This document shows, piece after piece, positions 1-7,358 of a stretch of 37,146 nucleotides of DNA. Below the pieces are notes generated by a model, which was not told where the DNA came from, did not search any database, and saw only the letters and a list, made by a program, of their open reading frames with translations. A program made the position numbers and the translations under genes. Source of the DNA: an uncultured bacterium (lineage in GTDB: Bacteria > RBG-13-61-14 > CAZOMR01); contig CAZOMR010000002.1 in NCBI GenBank assembly GCA_964580655.1, positions 1-37,146 of the forward strand. Direction: 5' to 3'. Each line of letters opens with the position of its first letter. Within the stretch, counting starts at the first letter, position 1.

Positions 1-66
1 TTCAGCCAGCCACCTTATTCATCATCAAGGGGATGGTTTGCGGAATCGCTGCCAAAAGAACGCGGA

Positions 67-96
67 TTGACATAGAGGCTAAATATCTGCTATTAT
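67..96 (+). promoter_or_regulatory. sigma70-like promoter for the pilin-like gene
   Basis: TTGACA (67-72), an 18-nt spacer, then TATTAT (91-96). It lies about 40 nt upstream of the AGGAG RBS (128-132) and the ATG at 139. Confidence 0.5.
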
Positions 97-138
97 ATTA
101 AGCAAGGCTACAGCATCGTGTTACGAAAGGAGAAAGGC

Positions 139-837
139 ATGGACAGGGGAAAGAGACAGAAGTCCAAAAAATCCGGATTTACCCTGATGGAGCTGATGGT
201 CGTACTCGCCATCATCGGCATCACCTCAACCATAGCGGTGAGCGTTTATCTGGCACAGATTGAGGAAATCAGGGTAAAGGGAGATGTCCGTGCACTGGAG
301 CAACAACTACAACTCGCTAAATTGATGGCAATCTCTACAAATGTTCCCCATGGAATCGCTTTCAAAAGGCAAGCCAATATGAGGAGTTACTATTTTATAT
401 TCAAGGATACCGTAGGCGATGGAATGTTTACTGATACGGATACCGATCCGTCGAATAATGTCCTTGAGGGAGATTCAACTGCTTATGACCGCGTGATCGA
501 GGCCCGCTCCGCTAGTATCAAAGACGAAGACGGCAATCATGATCACTACGAGCATAATTTCGTACCCCATCTCCTCCACGAGCACAATCAATTCACCTGC
601 ATCTTTAATTCCACAGGCCCTTCTGGGACTAACCTGGAATACGTGCTCTTTGATCCCATGGGACGCGTCACGCCTGCTGTCGGAACTCAAAACTTTATAG
701 GGATACAAAAAAGGCCTCTTACTGCCGGAGAAAGCAAATTTCGCCAACTGGTCTTTATCCACCTAAACACCGGACTCTCCGAGTCCCTCCCGCCTCAAAA
801 CTTTACCACCAATCCGGCTGACTGGTGCACAAGATAA
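139..837 (+). CDS. prepilin-type N-terminal cleavage/methylation domain protein (type IV pilin / T2SS pseudopilin-like)
   Basis: N-terminus MDRGKRQKSKKS-GFTLMELMVVLAIIGI is the classic G/FTLxE class III signal followed by a hydrophobic helix. The ATG at 139 has a good RBS. The ORF track begins at a GTG at 118. Confidence 0.85.
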   Translation: MDRGKRQKSKKSGFTLMELMVVLAIIGITSTIAVSVYLAQIEEIRVKGDVRALEQQLQLAKLMAISTNVPHGIAFKRQANMRSYYFIFKDTVGDGMFTDTDTDPSNNVLEGDSTAYDRVIEARSASIKDEDGNHDHYEHNFVPHLLHEHNQFTCIFNSTGPSGTNLEYVLFDPMGRVTPAVGTQNFIGIQKRPLTAGESKFRQLVFIHLNTGLSESLPPQNFTTNPADWCTR

Positions 838-867
838 GAAAAGTCTGACTCCTGACCCCTTTTTCCG

Positions 868-2259
868 TTAAAAGATCATGCGACGGCGGAGTGCGGCGAG
901 TGCCCTCTGAACTGTGGGAAACACGGGATAACCAGCATCAAGTATCCTCCGTTCGAGTTTGAGCCGGCTCTCAGAGTGAATGGAGTGGAAGAAGACAAAT
1001 GCCGCGGGCCTTTTGAAGCTCTTTAGCCCGGCCAGGAACACCTTGAAGAACCAGTTAGTGAAATCGCCAAACCCGGCATCATCGAACGCGACATACTCCA
1101 TACTCATGAGCAGGAGCAGGGCGTCAATGTCAGGATCATCATTGATGGCCTTGAACAGCGGCGTGTGATCGGACAGCCAGAATATATTGGCCGCAAGATC
1201 AAGCGGGTTTTTGCAAGATGTTCCCGGCATCCTTATATGTTCGCCAATGGATCGGGCAGTGTGTGGCGAAAACGCGGGAATACGGAAACCAGCCTCGGCC
1301 ACCAGATCAGTGGCTACTACGCCGAAGCCTCCGGAAATGGTAAGCACTGCCAGATTCCGGCCACGGGGCTGGTCGAGTTTGATGCAGGCCTCAATCGTGT
1401 CAATCATCTCATCCATATCCGGGACAACCACGGCATTGGCCTGGCGGAACACGGCATCCCACGCAACCTGGTTTCCGGCAAGCGCACCGGTGTGTGAGGC
1501 TACTGCCCGACCCCCCTCTACACTCCGGCCACCCTTGAGCACTATCAGGGGCTTCCTCCGACCAGCCTCAATAAGGGCCTGCGCCAGATCGCGGCCGTCA
1601 CGCGTGCCCTCGGCATAGACCACGATTACCCTTGTCTCCTCGTCCTGGATGAAATAACGGATAATGTCCGGACCGCTCAGGTCGCTCTCGTTTCCGTAGG
1701 ATATGATCTTTCCAAAAGGAGTCCCTCGCAGAGCCGCAAGCATGCCCCCGGAGATGGCCAGACCCCCGCTCTGGGATGCCATGCCCGCAGGACCATCCTC
1801 GGTGGGCATGTCGTGCCTGAAGCTTAGCCCGGCTGATGGATGATGAATGCCCATGCAGTTTGGGCCGATCAGATGTAGCCCGCCGGTGGTGGCTATCTCG
1901 ACAATCCGGTCTTGAAGCCTGCGGCCTTCTTCATTGCCAGTCTCGGCGAAGCCGGAAGAGAAAATGGTGGCACAGCGTACGCGCTTGGCCACTGCATCAT
2001 GGATTACCGACTCAACCTTTGAGGCGGGCACGCAGATGATGATGTAGTCCACAGGACCCGGAACATCCACAAGCCTGCGAAAAGTCGGGATACCACTCGC
2101 GTCACGCTCCGGATGAATGGCATAAAGCGGGCCGGAAAAACCATGCCGAACCAGGGATTCGTAAAACATCCTGCCAGCATTGCCCGTTTTATCCGAGACC
2201 CCCACCACGGCCGCGGAGCGAGGATGAAAGAATTGATCAATCTGTTCAGGGGAAACCAT
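868..2259 (-). CDS. CoA-binding / ADP-forming acyl-CoA (acetyl-CoA) synthetase alpha-subunit-like protein
   Basis: 463 aa. N-terminal CoA-binding Rossmann (SAAVVGVSDKTGNAGRMF), a GPNCMGI motif and ASQSGGLA, as in succinyl-CoA-ligase-like domains of ACD-family enzymes. Confidence 0.75.
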   Translation of the reverse strand: MVSPEQIDQFFHPRSAAVVGVSDKTGNAGRMFYESLVRHGFSGPLYAIHPERDASGIPTFRRLVDVPGPVDYIIICVPASKVESVIHDAVAKRVRCATIFSSGFAETGNEEGRRLQDRIVEIATTGGLHLIGPNCMGIHHPSAGLSFRHDMPTEDGPAGMASQSGGLAISGGMLAALRGTPFGKIISYGNESDLSGPDIIRYFIQDEETRVIVVYAEGTRDGRDLAQALIEAGRRKPLIVLKGGRSVEGGRAVASHTGALAGNQVAWDAVFRQANAVVVPDMDEMIDTIEACIKLDQPRGRNLAVLTISGGFGVVATDLVAEAGFRIPAFSPHTARSIGEHIRMPGTSCKNPLDLAANIFWLSDHTPLFKAINDDPDIDALLLLMSMEYVAFDDAGFGDFTNWFFKVFLAGLKSFKRPAAFVFFHSIHSESRLKLERRILDAGYPVFPTVQRALAALRRRMIF

Positions 2260-2506
2260 ACTTACATCCTGAAGAAAACTTCCTAAACCCGAAAGAGAAA
2301 AAATGCAAATATATTATAAGGATAATGCCCTCTGAGGTCAAGTCACGCAAACAATTCGGAAAAGACAAAGCCTAGCCTGAAAAATTTTTTACCTCGCAAC
2401 ACTTTTTTTATCTTTTCCCTTCTAACTCACCAGAATTGAAAGCCCCTCGTATCTTTTTGTCTCACACCACTTACAGCTTGCTTTCAACTCTGTTGATCAC
2501 CCTAAC

Positions 2507-2536
2507 ATTCGGTGCAACTTTTTTACAAGGGTGAGG
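2507..2536 (+). promoter_or_regulatory. 30-nt conserved element, copy A (ATTCGGTGCAAC-N6-ACAAGGGTGAGG)
   Basis: 27/30 identical to 7295-7324. It lies 9 nt upstream of the ATG at 2546, at the first + strand gene of the island. Confidence 0.6.
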
Positions 2537-2545
2537 GATAGAGTG

Positions 2546-2689
2546 ATGCAAAGGCGTCGTAGAAAACGGATTAAGCTTCTCTGGGATGAATACCGATTAA
2601 CCAAGCAATCGTCCGAAGGGCAATGGTGGTTGATCGCGGAGCCGGACCCTCCGGCCTGGTTTCTCAAACACGAGCTGAAAGTCCTATGA
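2546..2689 (+). CDS. small Arg-rich hypothetical protein (47 aa)
   Basis: ATG at 2546, preceded by GAGGG 7 nt upstream. Product is MQRRRRKRIKLLWDEY.... Its TGA overlaps the ATG at 2686 (ATGA), which suggests translational coupling to the next ORF. It is below the ORF-track size cut-off. Confidence 0.35.
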   Translation: MQRRRRKRIKLLWDEYRLTKQSSEGQWWLIAEPDPPAWFLKHELKVL

Positions 2690-3117
2690 CAACTGACTGG
2701 GAGCTTGGAGAGGATAAAAGCCCGGCTCTTTCGCATATAGAGGAGATTCTGAAGGAGCTGGAGGTGCTCAAGAGGGTTCATCTGCAGGCGCTTTTCGCGC
2801 GCGATGAATCCGGCGCAGTCGGGAAATCGGCCAGCCTGGATGACAGCCAGATAAAGAAGGTGACATCATATCTTAGCCTGGTGGAAAAGATGGTGAGGAT
2901 ACTTGAACGCCGGGAAAAAATACGAGAGAGCACGCTTCCAGGAGAAGCTCCGTTGAGCGTGGTGCTCCAGGTTCTGAGAGAGATTCCCTTATTCAGGGAC
3001 GCCCTGGACAATCCCGAGGTTCAGGAGCAAATTATGATTTTGCTACGAAAAAAGCTCTACGAGAAGAACCTGATGCAGGATGATGAGCCTAGGCCTGGAG
3101 GGGAGGATCAATCATAG
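2623..3117 (+). CDS. hypothetical helical protein; function unknown
   Basis: ORF-track ORF. The likely true start is the ATG at 2686 (MTTDWELGED..., 143 aa) because of the ATGA overlap with the upstream small ORF. The sequence looks alpha-helical or coiled. I recognise no motif. Confidence 0.5.
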   Translation: MVVDRGAGPSGLVSQTRAESPMTTDWELGEDKSPALSHIEEILKELEVLKRVHLQALFARDESGAVGKSASLDDSQIKKVTSYLSLVEKMVRILERREKIRESTLPGEAPLSVVLQVLREIPLFRDALDNPEVQEQIMILLRKKLYEKNLMQDDEPRPGGEDQS

Positions 3118-4340
3118 GAGCAGTTGCAGGATTGCTCTGGTCCGGGCAGACCCAGTTCACGGTGCATGTCCACCGTCTCTTTGCAGAGCCCGATCTTGTT
3201 GACCTTGAGCCGCTCCATGAAAAACTCATAGATTCGCTTCCGCTCATTGAAAGGAATCCGGATACGGTTGTCCGGGTCGTGTTGGTCCTGGCCATACTTG
3301 AATACCCCGGAGCCGTAGCGAGCGAATTTGAGCAGGTTCTTGAAATAGCGAAGCGTGCCCAGGGTTACTGTTTCCGGCTCAAGTTCATTGATAGGCTCGA
3401 TGAGCTCCTGGTAATATCGGGGCCAATCTTTGACAGGGATAATAGGATCAATGCGCAACCGCAAGGACCAGCCAGCGGCCTTGAGTTTTGCCGCGGCCTC
3501 AAGTCGCTTGAGCGGAGAGGGACTCCCCTTTTCGAACCGCCGGGATACCTCAGGTGCATTGATAGAAAAGCTGGTGATTACACGGTCGGTTGGAGAAAGC
3601 TTAAGCAGGTTTTTTATCTTTGTTGATTTAGTCAACATAAGCAGTTTGTGCCGCTTCTGGTCTGCGAAAAGCGGCACTATGTTCAAGCTAAACCCGGTAT
3701 CTTCATCCCAGACAAGGCTGTCAGACAACTCCCCCGAGTTAAGCATCGAGGGCTTCTGTTGCGAGATCAACCAGTCTCGTATCTCCTGAAACATGCGCGC
3801 CGTATTGGAGAAGACCGTAGGCGAGGGGTAATGCCGGAGGGTCAGATTCAAATAGCAATACTGGCATTCGTAAGGACAACCGTTGGCATGGGCGAGAATG
3901 AAAAAGTGGGGACACACGATCCCTTCAGGGGTCTTGTCAAAGTAGTGAATGAAGCGCGTATAGCGCTTGCGCTCGATAAACCCGGGCTTGATTCCCTTTT
4001 TGCCTCTGGGCACAAAGAGCTTCTGCTGTTTCTGCTCTATTCGCTTCTCCTCGCGCTCCTTTTTTTGGCGGTAAGTGCCCATGGTAACATGGGCCTTCCA
4101 GGCCCGGATACTGCCCTCCTTGAGCCCGAAATGTCTCGCCACATCGGGCAGGGCCATGTCCGGGTTCGCATCCATGAAATCCAGCACCGCCCACCGCAGG
4201 TCAGCGGCCATACGCTGATACTCCCGCTCCGATGCCTTTTCAAGCTCCCGGCGCAACTCCATCCCTGCTTCCTCTATCTCGGCCTCAGTCTGGGTTCTAT
4301 CCCAGTCCTTATCCTTCGAGTGTCCAGAATTATCCTTCAT
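3108..4340 (-). CDS. spore photoproduct lyase (SPL)-family radical SAM protein with N-terminal HTH-like extension
   Basis: CX3CX2C motif in HANGCPYECQYCYLNLT. Blocks LLMLTKS, SFSINAPEVSRRFEKGSPSPLKRLEAAAKLKAAGW and RIDPIIP align well with my recollection of Bacillus SplB (GCMGHCHYCYLQTT, RFSINADYV...GTSPLDKRIEAAVKVAKAGYPLG, VAPII). The first ~130 aa are extra: an acidic/coiled segment, an HTH-like LPDVARHFGLKEGSIRAWK, and a Lys/Arg-rich linker. Confidence 0.85.
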   Translation of the reverse strand: MKDNSGHSKDKDWDRTQTEAEIEEAGMELRRELEKASEREYQRMAADLRWAVLDFMDANPDMALPDVARHFGLKEGSIRAWKAHVTMGTYRQKKEREEKRIEQKQQKLFVPRGKKGIKPGFIERKRYTRFIHYFDKTPEGIVCPHFFILAHANGCPYECQYCYLNLTLRHYPSPTVFSNTARMFQEIRDWLISQQKPSMLNSGELSDSLVWDEDTGFSLNIVPLFADQKRHKLLMLTKSTKIKNLLKLSPTDRVITSFSINAPEVSRRFEKGSPSPLKRLEAAAKLKAAGWSLRLRIDPIIPVKDWPRYYQELIEPINELEPETVTLGTLRYFKNLLKFARYGSGVFKYGQDQHDPDNRIRIPFNERKRIYEFFMERLKVNKIGLCKETVDMHRELGLPGPEQSCNCSYD

Positions 4341-4429
4341 CGGCTATTCCTGCTTGATGGGAATGACCTCATTATTCAAAATCTCTGCTTATATGTCAAG
4401 GCTGAAAGTTTTATTTCAATCAAATTAAC

Positions 4430-5077
4430 ATGACGGAAAAAACTCAAACAGTTGACCACGGCAATAAATATCTCAAGCTCCTTTTGCGCAAGGCCATGCT
4501 TTCTCGCATTCATCCTCAAACTGCACTGGATTTATTCGCAGGCAGAGGGGAGATTGCCCGCGTATTGTATCAAGAATTCGAGGAGTTGTATTGCGTGGAA
4601 AAAGATTCGCGAAAATTCGCATCCCTGGAAAAAAACTTGCCAAGGGTCTCTAGCCCACGCATTCATCTTCACAGGATGGATAACCGCTTATTCCTGCAAA
4701 AGATGGTGAAGGATATTCCTCAAATCAACCTGGTAGATTTCGACGCCTATGGCTCGCCTAACCTTCAGGTCAAGACCTTCTTCGCCCACTACCGCCTGGA
4801 AGGACCGACCCTGATATTCGCCACCGATGGCGGCAAAATATCCTGTCAGCGAGGCCGCCGCTTTTCGCCCGGGCTTTACTCTTCATGTCCATATCCTTCG
4901 GGCTCAAACACCGGTGGCACTGGATACAACCCTGTCCTGGTACACGGATATGAAAAGCTCATCCGGCAATTCTGGCTCGAGATGGCACATACCCATAGCT
5001 TTCGCATAGAACTCTTCAAAATCCTCTGGAAGAAAGGGAAACAGGTAGCTTATTATGGACTCCTCATATCCCCCTGA
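4430..5077 (+). CDS. class I SAM-dependent methyltransferase (Trm1-like / TcmP-like); target unknown
   Basis: Motif I-like ALDLFAGRGEIARVL, then EKD, then LVDFDAYGSP, which resembles the DPFGS(P) motif of Trm1-type N-methyltransferases. It is divergent from the radical SAM gene across an 89-bp spacer. Confidence 0.6.
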   Translation: MTEKTQTVDHGNKYLKLLLRKAMLSRIHPQTALDLFAGRGEIARVLYQEFEELYCVEKDSRKFASLEKNLPRVSSPRIHLHRMDNRLFLQKMVKDIPQINLVDFDAYGSPNLQVKTFFAHYRLEGPTLIFATDGGKISCQRGRRFSPGLYSSCPYPSGSNTGGTGYNPVLVHGYEKLIRQFWLEMAHTHSFRIELFKILWKKGKQVAYYGLLISP

Positions 5078-5831
5078 TAAACCCGAAGGAACACCTTGTC
5101 CAGGCTCCAAGGCTTTAGTAACGGAGCAAGGAGAATTCCAGGGATTCTGCTTCCGGATGATCCCGACAGAGAAGCTCCGCCCAAACCCTTGGAACCCCAA
5201 CCGGATTTCTACGGAGAACTATCGAAAACTGAAAAACGCCATTGCCGAACGGGGAATGCTCAGTCCGATTCTTGTCAGGCCAAGAGAAAACTACTTTGAG
5301 ATCGTGGATGGCGAGCACCGCTTTAAAATCGCAAGGTCCCTGAAGATAAAAGAAATTCCCTGTTTCGTGGCAGAGCTGGCTGATACCGAGGCCAGGATCA
5401 AAACCCTTCAGCTCAATGGTCTGCGTGGTGAAAACGAGCCGGAAAAACTTGCCCGGCTCATCCAGGACCTGAACCTTGAATATGTGCTCGAAGACCTTGA
5501 GCAGGTCCTTCCCCTTGACCGCTATGACCTTCAGGCATCCCTGGACATGCTCGAACTCATGGAACAAAATGACCAGACAACCCGCCTTGAAGATGAAATG
5601 GAACAAATGCTCAAACAGGTTATCTTCTCCGTCGTGGTCACAAGGGAGCAGAAGAACCTCATTGAGCATGCACTGGCACAGATGCGCAAGTCCAGAGCAT
5701 CATCACCTGTCCGCCAAAGCCCTGCAAAGGCTGAAGCACAGGCAGAAGCTGAAAGCACTGATGATCATAAAATTCCAGAAGGCCAGCTGATTGCTGAAAT
5801 ATGTGAATTCTATCTCGCAGGAATAAAATGA
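5055..5831 (+). CDS. ParB N-terminal (ParB/Srx) domain protein in the small-terminase position
   Basis: IPTEKLRPNPWNPNRIS...LKNAIAERGMLSPILVRP...YFEIVDGEHRFKIA is a typical ParBc signature including the DGxHR box. The stop overlaps the terminase ATG (ATGA at 5828-5831). An alternative start is the ATG at 5157 (MIPTEKL). Confidence 0.8.
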   Translation: MDSSYPPDKPEGTPCPGSKALVTEQGEFQGFCFRMIPTEKLRPNPWNPNRISTENYRKLKNAIAERGMLSPILVRPRENYFEIVDGEHRFKIARSLKIKEIPCFVAELADTEARIKTLQLNGLRGENEPEKLARLIQDLNLEYVLEDLEQVLPLDRYDLQASLDMLELMEQNDQTTRLEDEMEQMLKQVIFSVVVTREQKNLIEHALAQMRKSRASSPVRQSPAKAEAQAEAESTDDHKIPEGQLIAEICEFYLAGIK

Positions 5832-7264
5832 AATACCTTTCCACCCGTCAGGCTGTTCTCAAAGAATGGCTGGAATTCTTTGAAATTCAAGCAGAGAGAA
5901 AAAATCTCGCCAACCCCTTCTGGTTCATTACAAGGGTGCTCAGGTATCAGCTCAAAGATTTTCATCGCCTCTGGTGGCTCTTCCAGGAAGAACATCCCAG
6001 CTCCCTGATCCTGGCCCCGCGCGGACACGGCAAGTCCACCATTCTTAATATCGCCTATTCTCTCTGGCACCTGATCCAGAATCCGGATATCAGGATTCTC
6101 ATCGTCTCCAACACACAGGCACAGGCACAGGCATTTCTCAGGGAGATCAAGCGTCACCTGGAAGGCAATCCCGACCTAAAAAAATATTACGGAAACCTCT
6201 GTGGCACACCCTGGAGTGAAAACGAAATTGACATCTCCGCACGCAGACTCATGACAAAGGAAGCCTCGGTCACGGCTATGGGCATGTACGGCCCCGTCAT
6301 CGCCCGGCATTATGACCTGATAATCCTTGATGATGTCATTGACGAAGAAAACGGATCAAGCGCCCGGCAACGCGCGAAAACCCTCATATGGTATTACAAG
6401 GAACTGCTTCCCACCCTGGAGCCGCACGGCAAGATACACCTCATCGGAACCCGCTATCACTACCTCGACCTCTATGGCCACCTCATGGAGCGGGAATTCA
6501 AGAAACACACACTGATCTCCCGCGCTATACAGCCGCCCACGCCCCAGAGCTTCGGAAATGGAGCAAGCGAGCAGAAAAAAGAAAAAGCGCTCTGGGAAGA
6601 AAAATTCTCCCTGGAGTTCTTGCTAAAGAAACGAGAGCAATCCGGATCAGCTATATTCAACTCACAGTATCAGAACGATGTGGAAGCCATGAAAGGGGCT
6701 ATATTCAAGGAAGAATGGATACAATACTTTGATATGCTTCCACCACAGCTCAACAAGTTCCAGGCCGTAGACCTGGCCATCAGCCAGCGCGAACATGCGG
6801 ACTACTTCGCACATGTCACAATAGGCCAGGATCACAATCAGTGTTTATATGTACTTGACGCTTTCCGCGGACGGCTGAGCTTTGAAAAACAATTCAGAAC
6901 CATCAAGCGGCTTTATCAGAAACATCATTGCCAGGACTCTCCTGTGCTTCGCATCGGGGTTGAAGCAAACGCCTATCAGGAGGCCATGGCACAAAAACTT
7001 CGCTCAGAAACAGGGCTCCCCGTGAAATCCGTGTTTCGCCATACTGATAAAATTACACGCGCATACCGGCTCCAGGCACAGTTTGAAAACGCGAAAATCT
7101 TCTTTCCGCACCAAGGCGCCGAGGACCTTATAGAGGAACTCTTGCTCTTTCCAGAAGCACCTCACGACGACCTCTTTGATGCCCTGGAGTGCGCGGCCTC
7201 TTTTGCTCAGAATGCAAATACCTACGAGCAAATATTCAGGCCATGGCCGGACGTCTCTCCGTAG
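5828..7264 (+). CDS. terL: terminase large subunit
   Basis: Walker A in ILAPRGHGKST, Walker B in DLIILDDVIDE, and a C-terminal nuclease-type HDDLFDALECA motif. 478 aa, located directly upstream of the portal gene. Confidence 0.9.
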   Translation: MKYLSTRQAVLKEWLEFFEIQAERKNLANPFWFITRVLRYQLKDFHRLWWLFQEEHPSSLILAPRGHGKSTILNIAYSLWHLIQNPDIRILIVSNTQAQAQAFLREIKRHLEGNPDLKKYYGNLCGTPWSENEIDISARRLMTKEASVTAMGMYGPVIARHYDLIILDDVIDEENGSSARQRAKTLIWYYKELLPTLEPHGKIHLIGTRYHYLDLYGHLMEREFKKHTLISRAIQPPTPQSFGNGASEQKKEKALWEEKFSLEFLLKKREQSGSAIFNSQYQNDVEAMKGAIFKEEWIQYFDMLPPQLNKFQAVDLAISQREHADYFAHVTIGQDHNQCLYVLDAFRGRLSFEKQFRTIKRLYQKHHCQDSPVLRIGVEANAYQEAMAQKLRSETGLPVKSVFRHTDKITRAYRLQAQFENAKIFFPHQGAEDLIEELLLFPEAPHDDLFDALECAASFAQNANTYEQIFRPWPDVSP

Positions 7265-7294
7265 TTATTAATCCAGTCATCTTCAAAACACATA

Positions 7295-7324
7295 ATTCGG
7301 TGCAACAAATTTACAAGGGTGAGG
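7295..7324 (+). promoter_or_regulatory. 30-nt conserved element, copy B
   Basis: ATTCGGTGCAACAAATTTACAAGGGTGAGG, 27/30 identical to 2507-2536. It sits in the 94-bp terminase-portal gap, 35 nt upstream of the portal GTG. Confidence 0.6.
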
Positions 7325-7358
7325 AGGGGAAAAAGATTTCCTTTCCAGGGAGGATCCG

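Noticed and set aside
2507-2536. Reading the 30-nt element as a sigma54 (GG-N10-GC) or sigma70 (-35/-10) promoter
   Set aside because: GGTGCAAC...TTTACA does not place GG and GC at the -24/-12 spacing. TTTACA as a -35 has no conserved -10 hexamer 16-18 nt downstream in either copy. The element is kept as being of unknown mechanism.
2260-2545. Search for attL/attR direct repeats or a tRNA/tmRNA integration target at the island edges (also 23325-23384)
   Set aside because: By eye I found no shared core of 12 nt or more between the two junction regions, and no cloverleaf-like GC-rich segment. Absence by eye is weak evidence and needs a computed repeat search.
3648-4433. 261-aa + strand ORF, plus other ORFs at 3132-3626 and 3430-3789, opposite the radical SAM gene
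   Set aside because: They are entirely antisense to a CDS with strong family motifs. The translations are low-complexity and Arg/Leu-rich with no motifs, which is typical of shadow ORFs.
6116-6133. (CAGGCA)x3 tandem repeat inside terL
   Set aside because: It is in frame and encodes QAQAQA in a linker region. This is short low-complexity coding sequence rather than a regulatory or slippage feature of note.
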